DNA from: Octopus vulgaris
Taxonomy: Eukaryota
Length of the DNA stretch: 64,000 nucleotides
Reading direction: 5' to 3'
NCBI GenBank assembly: GCA_951406725.2
Contig: OX597817.1
Span: 83,638,001-83,702,000, forward strand
The position numbers were made by a program, and so were the translations under genes. This document shows positions 37,331-50,938 of this stretch, in pieces. The notes under the pieces are model-generated. The model worked only from the letters and a program-made list of their open reading frames with translations. It had not been told where the DNA came from and ran no database searches. Every line of letters begins with the position of its first letter. Within the stretch, counting starts at the first letter, position 1.

Positions 37331-37891
37331 TTAACCCGTTATTCTGTTAAATGTAATGCTTATTTATTCACATAGTTTTGAATTTATTAAGCATTATCTT
37401 ATAACTTTAAGATTTCAATGGTGCGTTTTATTACTTTCAAAATTAATTGAAATAACGAAATTCAATGATGTGATTGTTTATTTTTGAATGATATCGTAGG
37501 ATAGGTATGACGTTTGTTCCTTCTCAAGCCATAAGGGCCAGTTTCCCGGTATCCTTGGCTTATAGGTTCACGACCTGGACAGGAAGCCGGTCCGTTGCAA
37601 GTGAGCTGCTAGATGCAGGAAGAAAGAGTGAGAGAAAGTTGTGGCGAAAGAGTCAGGCAGAAGTTCGCCATTACCTTCCGCCAGAACCGCGTGGAGCTTA
37701 GGTGTTTCAGTCATAAACACATACATTGGCCGGTCTGAGATTCAAACCCGTGATCCCTCGACCGCAAATCTGCTGCTCTAACCACTAGGCCATGTGCCTC
37801 CACAGGTATGACGTTGGAACTGACCAACTTGAACATAAAAAAGAAACAATATTTTGGCTAAATATGATCAGTGTAAATGCTAAAGGGTTAG
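37331..37891. mobile_element. piggyBac-type MITE carrying a nested SINE (37514-37803, minus strand)
   Basis: TTAACCC...GCTAAAGGGTTA ends; the SINE is flanked by the 12-bp TSD AGGTATGACGTT. Confidence 0.8.
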
Positions 37892-39849
37892 CTAGTCAGC
37901 CACATCAACTTGTGTAATTAGAAGCCAATAACAGAACTTTATGGATCACTTTATGCATCATCCTTATGTAAGGGAAACACATAAAACAATGTAGATTTAG
38001 ACACCTGTAAAAAAATGGGAGGAACATGGCTAAAATTGCTTTTATCATCGGTCTATTCATTTGTGGCTGCTGTATAACTTAATAGTTACTAAACTAGCAG
38101 TTTCTTCACTACATTTCTGTGATACTGCCTTCCTTTAAATTAATTTTTAAAATGATGAAGAATTTAGTAAATCAACTTTGTCATTAAGCTGATATTCAGA
38201 ACATAAATTAATGTAAAATTTTGATGAGAAGTTTTTATTTAGATCACTTTGACCCATTTCTTACTATATTTCTGCTGAACTATACAAACTTTGTTTCAGT
38301 TTATTTTGAAAGTAATAAAGTATTTAGTAAAATAACTTTAAGAACATAAATTAACATGGAATTTCGATGGAAGGGTTTAATTTAGATCATTTTAAAACTG
38401 GAAGTTCATATCATAGAACCAAGAGCTGTCTCCAACAGGTTGGTGTCAACAGGGTTAAGGCACGAACTTTCTATCGTAGAACAAAGAGTAATCTCAAGAG
38501 GGTTGGCATCAAAAGGAATAATAGTTAAAAGCTTGCATTGGATTTGTATATTTCAGGAATAGCAACAACAGTTGTATTAGTTTTATGTTTCTGTGCACCT
38601 TCAGCTATTCTTATTTATAGATTCTTTGGAATGGAACTGGTTTCTGAACTTACAATGTGTAGAGAATATTTAATTTATGCCTCTCTCTACAGTCTGTTCT
38701 CAAATTTATATCCTTGACAATCACAATGGAAGGCTTGTACAAAATTGGATTCTAATGTGTGAACTCTGTGAGCCATATTTTTCCCCCTAGCACCTAGAAA
38801 TTTTTATTGCTACTAATTACTTTGCTATTATCAGAGAGTCTTTAAGTCAAGTTCACAAGAGGAAACAAGCAGAAAAATAAATTATACTCTTAACTGTAAC
38901 AGGTGTTGAACTCACAGCCATGAAATTGGTATTCTGGAACTGAGAATCCAAAATGTTCTGGATCGTGCAAATCCTGTAACTTTTATCACAGTTGATTGAC
39001 TTAGTGGAATAAATTAATAACAGTTCAGATTCTTCTCTTATCATGTGCCAAACATGGTACAATAATTTAATCAGGAAACTGAAATAATGTTTGTTAGATA
39101 ACAATATTCCTTTAAGCTAAACAGTTGTCCAGAACAAACAAAGTTTTCGCTCATACATATGGTTTCCAAAAATGTCTAACCTCCTACTTTCTTAGCTACA
39201 TTTTTTTCCACATAAGGATTTATATATATATAGCATAGAACAGTTCATCTTACAGCAAGATTCCTTTTCTACAATTGTCTACACAGCTGTAAAATATGAA
39301 TAGAAACTTTTTTCTATATTTTGTTTAATAATTTGCTAATTACACAAACTGTATCTAGCTGTTTATGTTCCTTTCCTTATGTGACGACTACCATAAGATT
39401 TAAACCTATAGCCTTAGTCAATAGTTAAGTACCATAATCTTATAGTTATTGTAGACTTACTACAAGAAATTTTCAACACATTTGTTTCTAGTCCTATGAG
39501 TTTTATGAGTTTCCTTCTTTAAACATCTATCTGTCTGTCTGCCTGTCTGCCTGCCTAAAACCCACCTGACTGCTTATCCATCCATCCATCGATCTAGTGC
39601 CATGAAAAATGCCCCCAGTACATGTCGGAAAGTAGTTGGTGTTAGGAAGGGTATCCAGCCATAAAAAAATCTGACACAAAGCTGACACTGGAGTTCAGTT
39701 CAGTCTTCTAGTTTTAGGTCCTATCAAACCATCTTACCCGTGCCAGTATGTAACATGGACATTAAGTGGTGATTAATGTATATGCATATACATATATTTG
39801 GCATCTGCACTGATATCAATACTCTTCCTAGATATTAGAGGATTGTTAC

Positions 39850-40960
39850 AGCTTAGTAACAGGAGAGTGGTTACATGACTTTCTGAAAGATAAAGATCAG
39901 GTACTAATAGCCAGCTGGGTCACCTCCAAGGAAATGTAAATTGAGTGTGTCCCATAGGACATTGTCTCGGAGCCACTACTGTTTCTAGTAGTCCTCGTAG
40001 ATATGCCCTTATCCACACACAGCCGTTCTCACAAGCTATGCAGATGGCAAAAAAGTCTCACAGGTAATACAAAACCCTGACTATGCCATGCTCCTGAAAC
40101 AGGTGTTAGACACAATATATAAGTGGGCTGACAGCAATAAGATGCTGGCAAAATTAAATGCAATGCAGACAAAATATTCTGGACCTGTAGGCATTACGCT
40201 TCCAGAATCACAATCAGTGCATGACCTGGGCATTAATGTGAGTAGTGCTGCATCCTCCTATGTTCATATTACTAAGTTGGCAATGAAATTTAGGTTGATG
40301 ACTGGATGGATTTTTAGAACTTTTGGAACAAGGTAGCAGGAAATGATGATGGTCCTCTGGAGGACATTTGTCCTAAGCCATCTTGACTATTGCTCCTAAC
40401 TGTGGTCAACACAGTGTGAAATTAATAACAGAACTTGAAGCAGTCCAGCAAAGCTATACAAAAAAGATAGCCCTAATGTAACAAATTAGCCACTGGGAAA
40501 GGCTCAAAAGGTTAAAACTTCATTTCCCTGGAATGAAGGCTGGAAAGATATGTTCCAGTATACATCTGGAAGATCCTGGAAGGACTTGTCCCGAACTTTG
40601 GTGTGGAAGTTATACAAACACCAGAGCTGAGCACCATTGCATGGTACCTAAAATCCCTCTTCTGCCATCAAAATATAGGACCAGCTACTACAATGGCTTG
40701 GGATCCCAAGGCCCACAACCTTTGAATACCCTCCCAAAGGATCTGTCAGACCTACATGATATGGATGTCGATGTCTTCAAATCGAAACTGGATTTCCTAC
40801 TGAATCCCAGATGAGACAACTTCATGGGAGAAAGCAGGAATAAGGGCAACAGTTTCAAACTTACTCATTCACTAAATGCCAAATGAGGATTAATGAAGGA
40901 GTAGCAATACCAGTTGACGGTGCCCCAGCATGGCCATAACCCTTGAGCTGAAAGTAGTAG
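39850..40960 (+). mobile_element. CR1/L2-group LINE, degenerate RT and 3' end
   Basis: Decayed VP.G..LGPLLFL, YAD, DLGI, HLDYCS.LW, LEAVQ and WERLKRLKL motifs. The 3' end matches the family B SINE tail. Confidence 0.85.
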
Positions 40961-41479
40961 TATGTGTGTGAGAGAGAGAGAGAGAGAGAGAAAGAGATGT
41001 TGTCTGACATTAAATACAGGGCAATAAAATACAGGGCTTGAACTATTGTAAAAGGATATTAAATATGATACCTTGGATATGCAATATAAAATATAAATAT
41101 GAAACGACTGATGTGAACTTCTAACTGATCTTGAGTTCAAGTTTCTGAATGCATTTTTTTTTTGTTTTGTTTATATGCTGGACATCTAATTCTACATACC
41201 TCCATCTATTTATTATCCAGAAATATAAGCTATGTCTTCTGAAATTATTATGTACAACAGATTAGCATTTCTGTTACCTTGGTGACCAAGTCAGCAGTTG
41301 ACAAGAATGCTCAGAGAACTGCTACCTTTGTTGGTAGCAAAGGGTCTCTTCCTCAGAGTGAAAGGCAGATTATATTGGATCATCCCATAAATAATGCGGT
41401 TTTTCAATTGCATGGACTAAAAGTCAGTGGGGGGGGGGATAAACCACCTGCAACAACTTGCTACAAAAGCAGGTAGTAA

Positions 41480-42236
41480 TTTTACCTTGTCCATATACTT
41501 AGTGCAAGATTTGAAGAGTGCAGTTCAATTTTAACAGTTATTTTTTCAAAACTATAATGGAAGTGACAAAGCAGCATTTGGCATATTTTGCTTTATGAGT
41601 TCAATAAAGGCAACAATGCAACAGAAAGTGCAAGGAATATTAATGCAGTGTATGGGGATCAAACAATAAGTCTAAGCCAGTGTCTACTGTGGCTCCAGAA
41701 ATTCCAAGCCAGAAACTACAACCTAGAAGATGAGTCTCATCTAGAAGATCGATAGAGCTCAATGAGGATGTCCTGCAAATCCTGGTGGAAGAAAATTCCA
41801 TCATAACTGTTGAAAAAAGCAACCATCTTTGGTTTCAAGACAAAAGATGTTCTTCCATCAGGATAATGCTTGGCTACATTCAGCAAGGATGACATTCCAA
41901 AGGCTAGAGCAGTTTGAATGGGAAACACTGCCCCACCCACCATATTTTTCAGACATTATCCCATCTGATTATCATTTATTCTGCAGTCTTCAAATTCATT
42001 TGGACGGGAAAAATATGAATTCTGTAGACGTGGTCAGAACAGTACTGGAGAAGTAATTTTCATCACGGACAAGTGAATTTTGGAAGAGAGACCTTGCAAG
42101 TCTACCAGATAGATGGAAGAGCATTGTAGAAAATGAAAGAGAATTTATTTTAGATTTAAAAAGAATTTTGTTTATCTTAATTTTGAAAAATAAAAGAAGT
42201 ATAAAAAACCACATTATTTATGGGATGACCCTGTGT
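41480..42236 (+). mobile_element. Internally deleted mariner (Mos1/Hsmar-like transposase relic)
   Basis: MEVTKQH...LYEFNKGNNATESARNINAVYG; FHQDNA.LH; LPHPPYFSDIIPSDYHLF; right TIR TTATGGGATGACCC. Confidence 0.9.
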
Positions 42237-42912
42237 ACATACAGCTATGCTACATGGCAGTGAAGCATGGGCTGTGACTACAGCGGACATGTGAAGGTCT
42301 GAAAAAAATGAAGCTAGTAAGCTCCACTGGGTGTGAAATGTCAGTGTACATGTACAATAGAGAGTGTCTTAAGAGAAAAATTGGGTATAAGTGACATCAG
42401 ATATAGGGTACAAGAGTAAAGACTACGCTGGTATAGCCATGTGATATGTATGGTCAAGGATAGCTACATAAACAAGTGCCAGTCTCTAACTGTGGAGGGA
42501 ATCTGTGGAAGAGGTAGACCCAGGAAAACAGATGAGTTGGTGATTTATGATCTTCGGATATTGAGTCTCATGGAGGCAATGACTAGTGACCAAGACTTTT
42601 GGCGATTTGCTGTGCTTGAGAAGACATGTTAAGCTAAGTAAAATCGTAGTTGTGGTTAGTGCCAGTGACACATAAAAGTTACCCTTGCTGTTGACTCGTT
42701 AAAGGCACCTGTTCTGGTGACACATAACAGGTACTTACACAGATTATATGCAAAAGGCACTCTTGTAGAGTGCTTGGCATTAGGAAGGGCATCCAGCCAT
42801 AGAAACCAAGGCTGGAACAGACTAGAGCCTGGTGAAGCTCTCTGGCTTAACCAGTTTCAGTTAAACTGTCGAACCCATGCCAGCATGGAAAACAGACACT
42901 AAACAATGATGA
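42236..42912 (+). mobile_element. RTE LINE 3' fragment
   Basis: AMLHGSEAWAVT...LTVEGICGRGRPRKT plus the family 3' UTR. Confidence 0.88.
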
Positions 42913-43519
42913 TTCAGAAGTGGAGTTTATTATCATAATGGCTTCTGATTTAAGCACATGACCAGCAGTTTTGAGGGGAGTGTTTAGTATATTCCATCAA
43001 CCTCAGTACTAGTCTACCACTTTATTTTGCTGATCTCCATATGAATGAAAAGGCAAATTTAACCAAGGCGGAATTTGAGCTCAGAACATAAAGTGCTGAA
43101 ACAAATACTGCAAAGCATTATTTCCGACCCTCAGCCACTTAATGAACCTGGAACATGACACTGGCCATGGTGCAGGAGATATTTGCTTTTATTTATTGAT
43201 TTAGATGTTGTTTAATTTAAACAGGTAATGTAAATCTATACCAAAAGTATCAGTCAATGTAAGACCAACCTCTATTTGTGTAATATACATCTGTAGTGTG
43301 AATGAGTGAAACAAACTGAGTGAACAAACAATGAGTGAAACAAACTGAACAAGGTAGTGGGGGGTGTCTTTGTAAGACTGAAACATAGAAACTATGGAAA
43401 TATTATCATTATTTGGATCCTACATCAACCTTGAGCAAGCAAATCTATTCGTAGACAAATTACTTAATCCCACTTGTTTACCTCCAACTGAGTCTCAGCC
43501 CTCTTTGTCCTGCTTTATA

Positions 43520-43760
43520 TTCTATCTATCTCTATGTGCTTCTTTCTCTATCTATCTATCTGTCTATCTATCTATCTATCTACCTCTTTGTCTATCTATC
43601 TATCTATCTATATACTTCTTTGTCTATCTAACTGTCTGTCTATCTGTCTCTGTCTATCCATCTCTATGTACCTCTGTCTGCCTATCTCTCTATCAATCTA
43701 TCTATCAGTCTGTCAGTCTATCTAACTGTTTACCATTCTGTCTATCTATTTATCTATCGA
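43520..43760. repeat. (TCTA/TCTG)n microsatellite
   Basis: Directly visible. Confidence 0.93.
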
Positions 43761-44218
43761 CCAGGACGTTGTATTCATGATTGCAAGATCATGTTTTTGA
43801 GTCCCTAACTGGTAATGAGTTGTGTTTGTATCAAAATTTGTGACTTAAAAGTTTTTCATTTAAACTGAATTTATTGTAATACCATATTGGTAGGGTACCA
43901 ATAAATGGTTTATTATTTTCTCTCTCTTTAGTTTTGGGCTGCAACCCCATTTAGCCCTTCGCAGGAGCTAGCTTAAAAGTCTGTACAGAGTGCAGCTTTT
44001 AAGTTAGCATAATAATTAAATTAACAAAAAGGAGTCAACTTTTCAATTCCATAATGTTTCCATGAGAATAGCCTTTTAGATTTTTTTAATAGATTACATA
44101 ATATAGCAAAATAACCAAACCACTTCATCAGACTTGATTTGAATTATCAAAATACAATTAAATCGGTGTAATTTGATAATTAAAATCACATATCACAAAG
44201 TTTTCTAGTTATTTTAGT

Positions 44219-45053
44219 CTATCATCTATATATACATAAAAGTGAGATTGTGTGTGTGTAAACCTGCATAACTTCTAAAGTTCACAACTGATTTTCTCCA
44301 AACTGGGAACACACATTACTTATATTCCAGAGATGGTTTTAGACTCTTGAAATTTTTCACATAATGAGTAACAAGCCCTCTGGGAGCAGAAAATACCCTT
44401 TCCTTGGTTACATGAAGAAAGGAGGTAACTTTTTGCAAAGTAGCTTTCAGAAATTGATTGGTCTCCTTTACATCCATTGGTCAAAACATTATCACAATCC
44501 CCAGTGGCTGTGTGAAAGAACAATACTGATTCCAAAAAATAGCAATGTAAGTAAAATTAATGAGCAGCTGCTGCAATACAGGGGTTGGACAAAATAATGG
44601 AAACACCTTAAAATTTCAAGCAAATCTATTTTAATATGGGGTAGGATTGCCTTTGACAGTAATTACAGCTTGAATTTGGATCCACTAACACTCTGCAATG
44701 GGACACATCTGGTGGTAAATAAGATGATGCCACATGTTATTGAGACTGCCATTCTCTCTGGATGTGGAAAAGGTGAAGATGTTTTCACACCCAGAATTAT
44801 TCTCATTCCAGTGAGAGCAGAAATTCCTTTTTCATTCAGAAGAGTGCAATTTCCTATGTGTATCAGCTTTGCAATGTCTATCAATAAATCCCAGGCTCAA
44901 ACACTGTCTGTGGTAGAACTTCACTTGGAAGAGTCATGCCTCTCACATGAGTAATTAAATGTTGACTACTCTAGAGTGGGAAGCTAAAAAATTCTATTTG
45001 CATTTGTTCCACAAGGAAAAACATAGAATATTGTTTACCAAGAGGTTTTGTAG
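44219..45053 (+). mobile_element. Helitron relic (5' end plus PIF1 helicase C-terminus) with a Tc1-like terminal fragment inserted at about 44577-44670
   Basis: TCATCTATATATACATAAAA 5' end; WLCERTILIPKN..V.KIN; LCNGTHLVV...PRIILIP...RVQFP..ISFAMSINKSQAQTL; the insert begins TACAGGGGTTGGACAAAATAATGGAAACACC. Confidence 0.9.
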
Positions 45054-48000
45054 GGATTACTACGTCCTATGATGCACCCCAATATCCACTGCTCTTTTTG
45101 AATGGTGAAGACAGATCCCATTTTGGCATAATACCAACAAACCTGAAGACTGCACCGACGCAGTTTATTGCATGTACTTCAGTATCAAAGCATATTCTCC
45201 AATTATTTCCACCAACCATGTAGTATGCAATTATGCCTTATTTTTTCAAGTAATTCACTACTACATATTCTCAGTTTATGTTTCTTATTCTACAGCAATC
45301 CAATATCAGCCCTTCGCCTTCTGCAATATTTTGACAATTCACTTCCCTGTTGCTGGCTCCCATTGCAACCCCTTTTTGGAATGTACCCATTTACATACAA
45401 TATCTCCATTATATCTACATTCATCTTGTTACTGACCCTCACCTGTTTCCAATCAAGGTGATATTTTCCATGGCCAGATATGTCTTTAATAGAAAATTGG
45501 AAATGAACAATATTGCTTGCGTGGTAGTGATACTTGTTTACAACAATCACATGATGTCAAGACAAGGTGAACACTCATATACACATATATGCATGCACAT
45601 GCATATACATACATATATATATATATATATATGCATATATATACATATATATATTTCTCTCCTTGTTTTTTTTTCTGTGTCCCTTCTATTCCTGGGCGTT
45701 ATACTAATACATCTGTTTGTATTCTACACCACCTGTCTTCGTCTTTTGATATTTTCGTGAACTCTCCTATATATATACACACACACACACATATATCTGG
45801 TGCCATACTGTATTCAGGAAGACCTGTCCTCCACACCAGAAGCTTTAATGTCACTCCTCCTGATGAAGAGGATTAGCCTGCAAGAGCTCTGCACTGGTGC
45901 CATGTAAGAAGTACTCATGTCAGTGTCACATTCAAGGCACCCAGCACACATTGTAAAGTTGTTGGTGTTATGAAGGGCATCCAGCCATAGAAACCAAACC
46001 AAATCAAACTGGAACCTAATGCGGCTCTCCTGTTTGCCAGCTCCAGTCAAACTATCCAACCCATGCCAACATGGAAAATGGATGTTAAAGAATGATGATG
46101 ATGATCACACACACACACATATGTGACAAATCTACCCCAAATCTACTCCCTGGGCTAGTGTAGAAGACACTTAACCAAGGTACCACACAGTGGGACTGAA
46201 CACAAGACAACATAACCGGGAAGCAGGCTTCTTATCCACACAACCATGCCTGCACCTACAGTTGAGGCATGGTGTATGATTAAGACATGTTGCATTAATT
46301 GAGTTGTGTTTTACTAATTTGTAATACTGGTGTTAGGAAGGGCACCTTGGCGTTAGGAAGGGCATCCAGCCGTAGAAACATTTGCCAGATCAGACTGGGC
46401 CTGGTGCAGCCTTCTGGCCTCCCAGACTCCAGTTGAACCGTCCAACCCATGCTAGCATGGAAAGCGGACGCTAAATGATGATGATGATGATGATGATGAG
46501 TTCAGCTAGGTAAGGGATTGACTACAGCTAGAGCAACCTACCCTAGATGAGTATTTAGAAGTGCCTCCATAACCCAGTCTTTTAAGAGACTTGCCATCAT
46601 TATACTGTTTTACATTTTTGAAAAGATCAAAGACTCTTAAAATCTGGACACTTTTTGATGTAGAAGAAATGGAATTAATGGAAGATTAAATTTCTTCGAT
46701 ATGATTATCTAGTTTGGGAAATGGTAAAAATAAATATTTATTTACGTTGGTGTGTATATTTGTCTGAGAGAGAGAAATAGTTTAATGAATATATTATTCA
46801 AATAGTGTTGAAGATTTGTGAGTGATGAATAAATATGATAATAATGGTAACAATTGTGGTGGTGCTGGTAGTAGCAGAGATGCTTGTAGTTGTGGATGAT
46901 GATATAGTTCTAGCAGCAGCAGTTGATAATGATGAAAATTAATATTCACTCTCAAAGAAACTTTTCCAGTAAAGTTCATTGTTATTTAACACTCTATGAA
47001 TAATATTATACGCTGCTATCATTGTATCCACTGCCCACCACCATGCAATATATCCAACCACCAATATATAAGGTGCCTCAGTTTGTGTTCAGCTTGTTTG
47101 CTTAATTGATTGATTGCTTAAGTATATATTCTGGTTTCTCAGAAACTACTGAAGCTAGAAAGTCCAATTCCTTTCCCACCACGATAATTATCAAGCAAAA
47201 TATGAAATTGATTTTTCAATTTCGTTCGGAAGATACTTGGGAGTCTGCCGAAGGAAGTGTGTGTTACTTAAAAACCAAAATGCACTCATATTCAAGGTTA
47301 CATAGCAACATAATTTCTTTTAGATATAAGTGGCTACGAAAGTTAATAGTGCAAAATACATGAAAATAATGACCTTATGATGTCCTTATATTTTTATTTG
47401 CTAATTATTTGATTAATTTTGGGTTTAATATTCCTTTAACTTATGTAACAGAATGAGAGATGGAAGGTAACATTAAGTATATGCTTGCTTGTATAATGTG
47501 AGATCGATTTTGACATGGTATTCTAGTCTGAAAATTGAAATTTTATGGAATTAGAATGAGTTCACACCTAAAGTGATGTAAAATTCCTAAGGGGAAACTA
47601 ATCTGATTAAAATATCTATAGTGAGAATATTGGTTTTGGAAGAAAGTTTTGCTGTCGTAACATTCTCACAAATAGATGGCAAGCAATTCATTGTCAATTA
47701 CACTTTGTACTATGAAAACAAGTTGAATTCCATATTGGCTTCGAATTAGGCAGCTAATCAATAGTTTTAGAATATTGCAATTAAAATCACAATTGCATGA
47801 GTTATAATAACTTATGTTGCTTTTCTATCTGCGGTATTTGTTGATCATAATATTTTCCAGTCGTTTTCAGATACTCTCCATGACTGTAACAGAGGAAATA
47901 AGACCACTGAAACCTTGCCTTAGATATAAAGATTTTGAGTTCATACTTTGTTAAAGGATATGCAAATATTTAGAAAGTGTAAGCTAGAAGATAATCAAAA

Positions 48001-48319
48001 CATAGTGGAAATACGGGAATAAAAAGGAAAATTAATTCCCCTGGATAAACCAAACTGTTGAGATCATGTCAAAATATTTAATGCAGAAAGCAATAAATAT
48101 GTTCATTTCTATCTTTATCATCACTACCAGCAGCATCATATTAATGTGTATTTTTCCATGCTTATATATAAGGTGAATGGCTATCGAAGAAGGCACTTGC
48201 TCAAGATGCCATGCAGTGGGACTGAACCTAAGACAATATGGTTGGGAAACAAACTCCTTAACCACACAGCCATGTGTGTGTTTCTGCATTCCTTACATCT
48301 ATAGTAAACTAAAGTAAAG

Positions 48320-49018
48320 AACATTTTGTTCTGTTTTAATGAGCCTACATCTAATGAAGTAGCCATCCTTATGGTTGGTGATCATGATTTTCTTATTCAT
48401 ATTCGAGATAACAACCTCAAACGTGTTTCACAGACTCATCCCTCTATGTTGTTCTCTAGTTTACTCTTATTCTGTGGAATGGACAAGATGGGTATCATTT
48501 TAATATTTCACCGATTGAACTGACAACAGGATAACCAATTACAAACAAAAAACTGGCAGGTGATACGTATGCAAGGTGGGGGAAGGGGCATTGAGTGTTT
48601 CTTTAAGAAAAATTAAAGTACAAAAATTATATTTCCCAGATTCATAATCTCTGTATTTTTCTACATAGATAAAAATAACAAAAAAAAAACAAAAACAAAT
48701 TAAAAAATGTTACAAAAATTGCGGTGGGTATAGGGGGAAAATTAAAATATTGCAAACATGATTTCTGAACAAAATCGTATTAACCTCCTTTTACATGATG
48801 AAACAATACATAGTTTATGATCCTTCTTAAGAACAGAAAGCACTTTCATGCAAGCACATGCAAATTGTACCCTCACCCATCACTATTAAACAAACAATAA
48901 CTTCTATTATTCCGTTAACTATATATCAGGTGTGCCAATTCTGCCCATAAGAAAGGAGCAAATAATACAATATGCTTCTAGGTCATAACACCCAGGCAAC
49001 GCCAAGATACATTGCTAG

Positions 49019-49020
<2 letters not shown>
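48320..49020 (+). mobile_element. Helitron Rep fragment and 3' end
   Basis: FNEPTSNEVAILMVG...LKRVSQTHPS...GQDGYH; terminus CCCAGGCAACGCC...GCTAGT. Confidence 0.75.
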
Positions 49021-49049
<29 letters not shown>

Positions 49050-50904
49050 GTTTATATGTATGTGTGTGCATGCGTGTATGTTCCTTATGCATTCCAAAAC
49101 TGAGTTGCTGATTTTGACGCATGTGGTATCAAAAGATTCAGTAAGCTTTTGGCTACCATCTAAACTTATTTTCATTCACATATTTACATTACAAAAATTT
49201 GACATTATCATTTTACTTTTAGTCACTTATCGTAAACAACATCTTTTACCACCACCACTACCATAACGACGATGACGTCACATTTTCTTTATGAGTGTGT
49301 TTGCACGTTCATTACTTCATTACATGCTTTAGGCTGATGACTGACAAATATATGTGTGTGACGTGTTTGTGTCAGTCAGTATACATACATTTTTGTGATG
49401 ACTAATACACACACATCTAAAGACACAGACACACACACAAGGACAGAGATAGGCTTAAGGTGTGTGTTGATGTATTTCTGTGTGTGTTTATATCTTCCTA
49501 AGTATATGTATGTGGTTTTACCCCTTACCCCACCAACTCACCCAACAGGGAAACATGCTGATATTGAAAGTTACAACAACCGGGTTTCATTAGATAGTAG
49601 AAATAATTTCACACTTTGAATTTGAACTAAAATTACAAAGTGTTGGATTACGAGACTGACGATGTGTGCATAATGAAAGTAATGTTTCTCTGAATTAGTC
49701 ACATCTGTATTATAATTAAGTTGCTTAGGTGATCTTTCGTTTTGACTTGGAGAACTGTCATCTGCATTAGTTAATTTCTGTAAAAATCTGTTATTTACTA
49801 ACTTATATTTCAATGTAAAAGAGAGGAGAAAGTGAAAGATGTATGAACATGTATATGAATTGTACATATATGTGTGGGAAAGAGAAAGAGAGGAAGAGAG
49901 ACAATGGGAGAATGAGAGTGACTGAAGGAGTGTGTTGTTATGTATACGTACGTACATCAATAGATATGCATACATTTTTTGTATGTTCATGTGTGTGGCT
50001 TGTGTGTGTGAGAGAGAGAGAAAGTAAGTAAATGAATGTGTGTTCTGATGCATATGTAGGTGGCACTCACACTCTCTCTCTATCTCCGTCTCTCACTCTC
50101 ACACATGTGCATTTCATATACCCGTTCATACATGTTTCACTTTAAAGCAAATGTAAATAAATACAACAAAACAGCTGCTGCTTATTATCTATCTACCAAA
50201 TAAACTGTTTTTCACTCAACAACTCTTTCTTACAACTAAAATAGCCTCGGCAACTACGTTGGCTCACACAATTTTGAGGTTATTTTCCAACAATATTTCG
50301 ATTTGCTTGTGTTTCACTTGTTTGATATTTCACGCATGCGTAGAATTCTACTCAAACATTTATGAAAATGTACACATAGATATGGTATTAAAGTAAGTCA
50401 TATAAAACAAAAATTGCATTAAAAGACAACCATTTCTCTTTATCTTATGAAAAAATACTGTCACTCTCTCTTTCTCTCCCTCTCTATCTCACACGCACAC
50501 ACACACAAATGTATTTATATGTATGCATATGTATTTATGGGTAAAAGTAAAAAATACTCACACTCAGTGTTTAGAGTTAGGGTCATTAATGAAACTATTT
50601 TTTTTCGCTTTCTGAAAAACAGCATTTTGTATTTACGACACCTTTGCATAATAGCAACAAGATATATATATATATATATATATATATTGAAATAAAGATA
50701 CATTCATAAATACATAAATAGATACACAAACAGATACAGAAAATATAGAAAATAGAACAAAATATGAGAGATTGTTTATAAAATATGAAATAACTATTGT
50801 GGAGATAATGGAGATAATGATCAATTGTGACGGGTACTATAATAGATGACACTTGCCCAAAGTGCTATAGAGTGGAAGTGAACCTGTATACACACACACA
50901 TATG

Positions 50905-50934
<30 letters not shown>

Positions 50935-50938
<4 letters not shown>

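Noticed and set aside
41221-41472. Apparent exon (CCAG...GTAGT) with a 65-aa ORF
   Set aside because: Another frame reads FCYLGDQVS...RELLPLLVAKGLFLRVKGRLY, an RTE fragment.
45855-45880. CTGATGA hammerhead-like core
   Set aside because: No GAAA or UH partner strands; only a simple TCCTC/GAGGA hairpin.
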